DNA of 64,000 nucleotides from Octopus vulgaris (lineage: Eukaryota), in assembly GCA_951406725.2 (NCBI GenBank), contig OX597830.1, positions 14,322,001 to 14,386,000 on the forward strand, given 5' to 3'. The notes below the pieces were generated by a model, which was not told where the DNA came from, made no database searches, and worked only from the letters and a program-made list of their open reading frames with translations. The position numbers and the translations under genes are program-made. Below are positions 56,196 to 64,000 of the stretch, piece by piece (position 1 is the stretch's first letter; each line of letters begins with the position of its first letter).

Positions 56196-56276
56196 GTATA
56201 TATATATATATATTTTAAGTTTCAGCCCAGAGCTGCGGACATGCTGATGGACCGCCGTATGTATATATATATATAT

Positions 56277-56321
<45 letters not shown>

Positions 56322-56558
56322 CACATATATGCGGGTATGCGAGCTCACTAGAAAGCAATAAGGAAAATAATAATGTTACCTACCCGTTGTAACAAAACAA
56401 CGGCATCCAGCGCACAAACACACATATACGTATATTTTTAGGCTTTATGTATGTGTGTGAGTATGTGTATATATGTATATTTATATATACTCATATATAG
56501 ATGTATACATATATATATCTATATCTGCACACATATATAATTTATATTAGGTACGCAT

Positions 56559-56598
<40 letters not shown>

Positions 56599-56703
56599 AT
56601 TTTAAATCCCATTTAGATGTATGTAGAAAGAAACATTTATACATATATATATGTATATAGGCATATACAAATAATTCTCTCTCCCTCTCTCTATATATGT
56701 ATG

Positions 56704-56735
<32 letters not shown>

Positions 56736-56784
56736 CAAACACACACATCTGTACACGTACATATACATATATACATATGCCTAC

Positions 56785-56837
<53 letters not shown>

Positions 56838-56940
56838 CTATATATGCATCAATGTACAATTTTTATTTATATGTACATAAATATGCATGTATATATACAT
56901 CACTATATGTATGCATAATACATACATATATGCATACATG

Positions 56941-56996
<56 letters not shown>

Positions 56997-57169
56997 TGTG
57001 TGTGTAATTTGTAGTATAACATCAATAAGAGCATCAAATCTGCCGATGTATGTGCATTTTCACTGCCTCCAGCACGTAAGCACATGTGCACTGATAAGTT
57101 CTCAGTCAGAACTCCACATGGTTATGTAAGCATTTCAGTGCAGCTTCTTGATGTAGACACATATTCGGA

Positions 57170-57178
57170 TGTATGTAA

Positions 57179-57209
<31 letters not shown>

Positions 57210-57307
57210 TGTATGTATGTATGTATGTATGTATGTATGTATGTATGTATGTATGTATGTATGTATGTATGTGTGTGTGTATGTATGTATGTATGTATGT
57301 ATGTATG

Positions 57308-57341
<34 letters not shown>

Positions 57342-57662
57342 TGTATGTATGTATGTATGTATGTATGTATGTATGTATGTATGTATATATGTATGTATGT
57401 ATGCGTGTTGTATGTATGTATGCATGTATGTATATATGTGTATGTATGTATGTGTGTATGTATGTATGTATGCATGTATGTATGTATGTGTATGTATGTA
57501 TGTATGTGTATGTATGTATGTATGCATGTATGTATGTATGTGTGTATGTATGTATGTATGTATGTATGTATGTGTGTATGTGTGTATGTATGTATGTACA
57601 TATGTATGTATGTATGCATGTAGGTATGTATGTATGTATGCACATATGTATGTATGTATGCA
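57170..57662. repeat. (TATG)n tract
   Basis: Direct reading. Confidence 0.97.
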
Positions 57663-57720
57663 TATATATGTGTGTGTGAGAGTGTGTATGTGTGGTTGTT
57701 AGTATGCATGTATGTATTTA

Positions 57721-57752
<32 letters not shown>

Positions 57753-57870
57753 CATTCATTCATTCATGTATATTGAAAGACAGACACGTAAATGAATAAA
57801 CATGTTATTATGTATGGCTACGTGTAAATATATATGAATGCACACATTTATCTATACACATATGCACTTG

Positions 57871-57943
<73 letters not shown>

Positions 57944-58002
57944 TATATATATATAAATATATATGTATATATACATACACACACATATATATATATCAAG
58001 TA

Positions 58003-58045
<43 letters not shown>

Positions 58046-58232
58046 GTGTATATATGTATATGTCAGTAAAAAAACAAAACCGATTGTGCGCATATAAAAA
58101 CATATCGTTTCCCATCTATGCACACCTCTCGATCATATACATTATATATATTATAAATAGCGACATCTACAAGTGAAGAAAAAGAGGATATTCGGGTTAT
58201 TTCAAATAGTGAGTGTGCGTGTGTATATGAGT

Positions 58233-58283
<51 letters not shown>

Positions 58284-58367
58284 AGAGAGTGTTCGTGTGT
58301 CAGAAGCACAAAGAGAAAGAGAAAGTGAGACAGTGATGTGAGGGGAAATATTAGAGCGAATGAGAGG

Positions 58368-58398
<31 letters not shown>

Positions 58399-58614
58399 GA
58401 CAGAGAGAGAGAGAGATCTGGCTGCTTTTCCATGAGTGTAGAATAGGTTTGTTAAATAATATTAAATCTTACATGAACAGAAGGGGAAAAAATGCTGAAC
58501 TAATTATAATTATGTGAGTTTGTGTTTGTGTGCGCGTGCGAGGTAACCTAACTCTGTATACACATATACACTTACATGTACATAAATCTCTGTCTGTCTG
58601 TCTCTCTCTCACAC

Positions 58615-58670
<56 letters not shown>

Positions 58671-58744
58671 GCCATCTATCTGTCTGCCTCCCTTTCTCTG
58701 TCTGTGTATGTATGTATGTATGTATGTATGTAAGTATAAATATT

Positions 58745-58870
<126 letters not shown>

Positions 58871-59073
58871 TATATGCAAACATTTCCATATATATATATA
58901 TATACGTCTATGTATGTCTCATTCCTATGGCTGTGTATTCGTGCATATATAAATACATACAAATGTATATTTATATATACATATACATACATACATACAT
59001 ACATATATTGAAGCATTCGTACGATGATACACACATACACGCACACAAAGACAGACAGTGGAACAGACACATG

Positions 59074-59143
<70 letters not shown>

Positions 59144-59144
59144 C

Positions 59145-59195
<51 letters not shown>

Positions 59196-59280
59196 TATAT
59201 TGGTATAGATATATACGCCTATAGTAAGCATACACCTACAGCTATCTAGCTTGCTTGCTATGTAATTTAATATATATATT

Positions 59281-59324
<44 letters not shown>

Positions 59325-59709
59325 GTATATATATATATATGTCTATATCTATTTATATATGAATATATCTATATATTTTATATATAGATATATATGCAGA
59401 TCGATATGTATGTGTGCACGCACGTGTATATATATTAATATACAGATGATACGTATCCATATAATATATATATATATATATATACAAATTAACTCTGCTT
59501 TAATATCTCATGAATATTAAGTTAGTTTTCTTCCTGATTTAAATATATTAAAATCTTGTCATTTTTTTTTCCTTTTTATTTCTCTGCTGTGTTTTTTTCT
59601 TTCCTTATTTATTCCTGTTACACCTGGATGCCTGACACTGTCTTTACCTACCACTCTATCCAGCTATCTTTGTAATTAGCCAAAAGTTCACGCCACCCTT
59701 ACCTTCTGT

Positions 59710-59796
59710 GTCTACCACTACCAGCAGCAGCAGCGCCAGCACCAGCTCCACAACCAGCAGCAACAGCACCACCACCCCCAACATCACTACTACTAT

Positions 59797-59841
<45 letters not shown>

Positions 59842-59851
59842 CACCACCACC

Positions 59852-59898
<47 letters not shown>

Positions 59899-60210
59899 AA
59901 CTACTACTACAGCTATCTCGCTCCTTGTGGTGATGCCGGTGGTGGTGGTTGTAGTAATGTTGGTGGTGGTTGTGCTGCTGCTGCTGCTGCTACTACTACT
60001 ACTACTACTACTACTACTAACTACCACCACCACCACCACCACCACTACTACTACTAATGTTTATCGTGCCTTTATTATTTATAATTTTCTTGAAAACTCT
60101 CTCACCCCCTTGTTGTTTCCTCATTGTCACATATTGTCTTAAAGTGTATCCTTTTCATCATCATCATCACTTTCATCGTCGTTGTCATCATCAGCAGCAG
60201 CAGCATCATT

Positions 60211-60304
<94 letters not shown>

Positions 60305-60791
60305 ACATCATCATCAACTCCATCGTTCCCTTCGTCATCTTCACTATCGTTGTCGTTAATAGCTATTAGCTTCACATCCATCGTCTACATCAACATCAAC
60401 ATCAAGAACACCATTATTGTCAACATCATCATCGTTGTCCTCGTTTTCATTGTCGACACGATCATCATCATCATCAGCAGCAGCAGCAGCAGCAGAAGTA
60501 GCATCGTTGTCATCGCTGTCGTCATTAGCACTCTCACCACCACCAACACCACCACCAAAACCACCACAACCACCACCACAACCACCACCACCACCACAAC
60601 CACAACCACAACCACCGCCACCACTATCATCATCATCATCATCGTCGTCATCATCATCATCACTACCATCATCATTATCATTATCATAATCATCAATATC
60701 ATCATTATCATCATCATCATCATCATCATATCATCGTCATCATCATCATCATCACCACCACCACCACCACCATCATCATCATGATCATCAA

Positions 60792-60825
<34 letters not shown>

Positions 60826-61544
60826 GTCATCGTCATCACCACCACCACCATCATCATCATCATGATCATCATCATCATCGTCATCATCATCATCACCACC
60901 ACCACTACCATCATCATCATCATCATCATCATCATCTCCATCGTCACATCACCGTCATTATCGCCATCATCTTTACCGTCCTCCATTTTCCTGTTTCTCA
61001 CTCCTCCACCCTGCTTGCCACCTTTCACGCCCACGTCACCTCACTAGCCTCACCCCGACCGGGGCTTCCAGATCATCATCATCATCACCACCGACGCCAC
61101 TGGTATCACCACCATCGTTTAAACCCACCCTTGATAATGACCACCTCTCGCCATAATGACGATAATAATGAACAGCATCACCGCCACCATCACAATCACC
61201 ACCACCACCACCACCACCACCACCACTGCCACTGCTGTCCACCACCTTAATCGTCATCAACATCATCATCACCATTATCCTCCTCCTCCACCTCATCATC
61301 ATCATCATCATCATCATCATTATCATTATCCTACTCCTCCTCATCATTATCATCAAGATCATCATCATTATCCTCGACACCACCACTACCAACACTATCA
61401 CCATGACCACATCCCCTCCCATATGTGTCACTTCAACAGACGCTGTAATGGCCGACATCCTCTTTCTCCTCCTCCTCATCATCATCATTGATGATATCAT
61501 CATCATCATTATCATCCTCATCATCATCATCCTCATTATTATCA

Positions 61545-61630
<86 letters not shown>
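59710..61630. repeat. Compound trinucleotide field (ACT, ACC, CAG, CAT, TAT)
   Basis: Direct reading. Confidence 0.95.
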
Positions 61631-61631
<1 letters not shown>

Positions 61632-62981
61632 CCATGATTGCAACTGTTATTAAACTGTGTTATTTAATTATTTATCTATTTTTACGGAGTAAATCATCTC
61701 TTGGCATGAAGCTGCGCAAAAGTTGATAGAAGAAGAAAAAATATATAGAGACACACTTCCAGACACAACACACACGTACACACACACTCACACACACACA
61801 CGCACACTCATACACTCACACACACAGAGTCTCACACTCACACACACGTAAACACATAAGCAATTCCACAAACACACACACACATACAGACATACAGACA
61901 TACATTGATAATCTTGATAGACTTGTACATATGTATACATACACTCGTGCAAACACACATACACACACGCACACATACACACATATATACACACTAATAT
62001 GTATATATATATAAGAATATATATATATATATATATATATAAGAATATATATATATATATATATATATAAGAATATATATATATAGTCATACATACATAC
62101 ACATACGAAAACAGTCATTCACACACATATACATATACGTATATAAATGTGTACATTCATACATACGTATGTATGTATGTATATCCTTATATATGTACAT
62201 AGGTACATATGTACATACATAGAGAAAATAAATGAAACCAAAATTTGAAGATTAAGAATAATTTTTCAAAATGTCAATGGAAGAAATGGAAATAACATAA
62301 AACCAGAGAAGTGAGAATTTCTGGAATTTTAAAGAGAATTCAGCAAATTCTAAGAATTTTTAAAACTAAGAACGTTGTTTGAATATTAAAAATGAAATGG
62401 CTAAGGAAATATAAGTGGTTGAAAGATGAAAAAGGAATGTAAGATCTTGTATTTGTTTAAAGAAAACAGAATATAATCTGAACTGAAGATATATAACAAG
62501 AGAGAGGGAGAGAGAGAGAGAGGGAGAGAGGGTGAGGGAGAGGGAGAGGGAGAGGGAGAGAAGGAGAGAGGGTGAAGGGGAGAGACAGACAGACAGACAG
62601 AGGGAGACAGAAAGACAGAGGGAGACAGAAAGACAGAGGGAGGGACAGAGGGAAGGAGAAAAGAGAAGAGAAAGGAGAGGGGAAGAAGGAGAAAGAGCTG
62701 TGGTTTGTGTTTCTCAGTTTGTGTATGTATATACTTATGTATGCATGTATGTATGGTTTTTATGTGTGTACGTGCGTGCATGCGTGCGCGCACGTGTGCG
62801 TGCGTGTGTGTGTGTGCGTGTGTGTGTGTATAAAGTAGGAGTGGGGTAGAGACACAGGGTGAGGAAAGCAATGAAGGAGAAAGGGTGTGTATGTGAGGAT
62901 GAGATAGAGAGGGAGAGAGGGAGAGAGACCGAGATGGAGAAAGTTTATATGCATTTAATATAATGAGTAGGTGCGGAGGAG

Positions 62982-63151
62982 GTTGATGATGATGATGATG
63001 ATGATGATGATGACGATGAAGACGTTGTTGATGATGTTGATGATGATGATGATGTCAATTAAAACGATGACGACGACTATGTTGATGAAAGGTGATTATG
63101 ATGATGATGATGATGACGACAGATGATGTCGCGATGATGATGGTGATGATG

Positions 63152-63183
<32 letters not shown>

Positions 63184-63253
63184 GTGATGATGACGATGAC
63201 GACGATGGCGACGACGTTGATGACAATGACAATGTTAATAATGTTCTTGCTGT

Positions 63254-63291
<38 letters not shown>

Positions 63292-63303
63292 GTGATGATA
63301 ATA

Positions 63304-63350
<47 letters not shown>

Positions 63351-63520
63351 AATGATGATGATGATGGTGATGATGATGATGGTGATGATGATGATGATGA
63401 TGATGATAATAATGATGATGATGATGGTGATGATGGTGATGATGATGATGATGATGATAATGATGATGATGATGGTGATGGGATGAATATGGTGATGGTA
63501 ACGATGGTGGTGTCGGTGGT
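62982..63520. repeat. (GAT)n field
   Basis: Direct reading. Confidence 0.95.
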
Positions 63521-64000
63521 GGAGGGAGAGCGAAAGAAAAAGAAAGGGAAAAGAAAGACCAGAAAGGAAAGAAGATACTGTGAGGAATGAGAGAGAGAGA
63601 GACAGAGAGACAGAGAGAGAGAAAGAAAGAGAGACAGACAGACAGACGTAGAGACAGACAGGGTGTATGTGTCAGGTTTAGTTATATGTATGTAATAAGA
63701 GACGAATGTTTGAGAGAGTGAGAGAGAGAGAGTGAGAGAGAGACAGAGAGACAGAGAGAGTGAGGGAAAGCTTAGATGGAAGAGGTTGGTGAAGGATGAG
63801 GGAGAAGAAACTGGAGACAGAGAGAGAGAGCATCTTGTACGTGCGTATGTATGTATGTACGCCAGTATATAAGCTTGTATGTACGTATGCATTCATGCAT
63901 GTATGTATGCATGTATGTATGTACGCAAGCAGAGTGTCTATAGGTATATATTTGTATGTGTGTGTGTGTTCGGATGTATGTGCATAGATTTGCAAGTGTG

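Overview
Eukaryotic, very AT-rich, microsatellite-saturated DNA that is essentially non-coding; nearly all ORFs in the supplied track are translations of (TA)n, (CA)n, (TACA)n and trinucleotide repeats. The SINE repertoire and repeat density suggest an octopus/coleoid cephalopod genome (inference). Recognisable elements: three tRNA-headed SINE families in many copies, a decayed R4/Dong-type non-LTR retrotransposon (~49.4-53.0 kb, minus), a decayed Tc1-type transposon with DD36E spacing (43.5-44.8 kb, minus), APE-type LINE RT fragments (8.6-9.8 kb), and a decayed Penelope-like element (PLE) GIY-YIG 3' end followed by a degenerate hammerhead (45.9-46.8 kb, minus). The main unexplained signal is a dispersed set of short, mutually unrelated foldback (inverted-repeat) elements, mostly in or beside (TA)n tracts, carrying type I hammerhead ribozyme motifs with palindromic helix III, often one per arm pointing outward. 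One of them is a tRNA-headed SINE-like unit with a hammerhead tail. Together with the PLE remnant these look like a non-autonomous, PLE-mobilised ribozyme-foldback system. Two candidate plus-strand exons (34871-34941, 35752-35790) are the only hint of a host gene. Coordinates were read by eye and element ends may be off by several bases.
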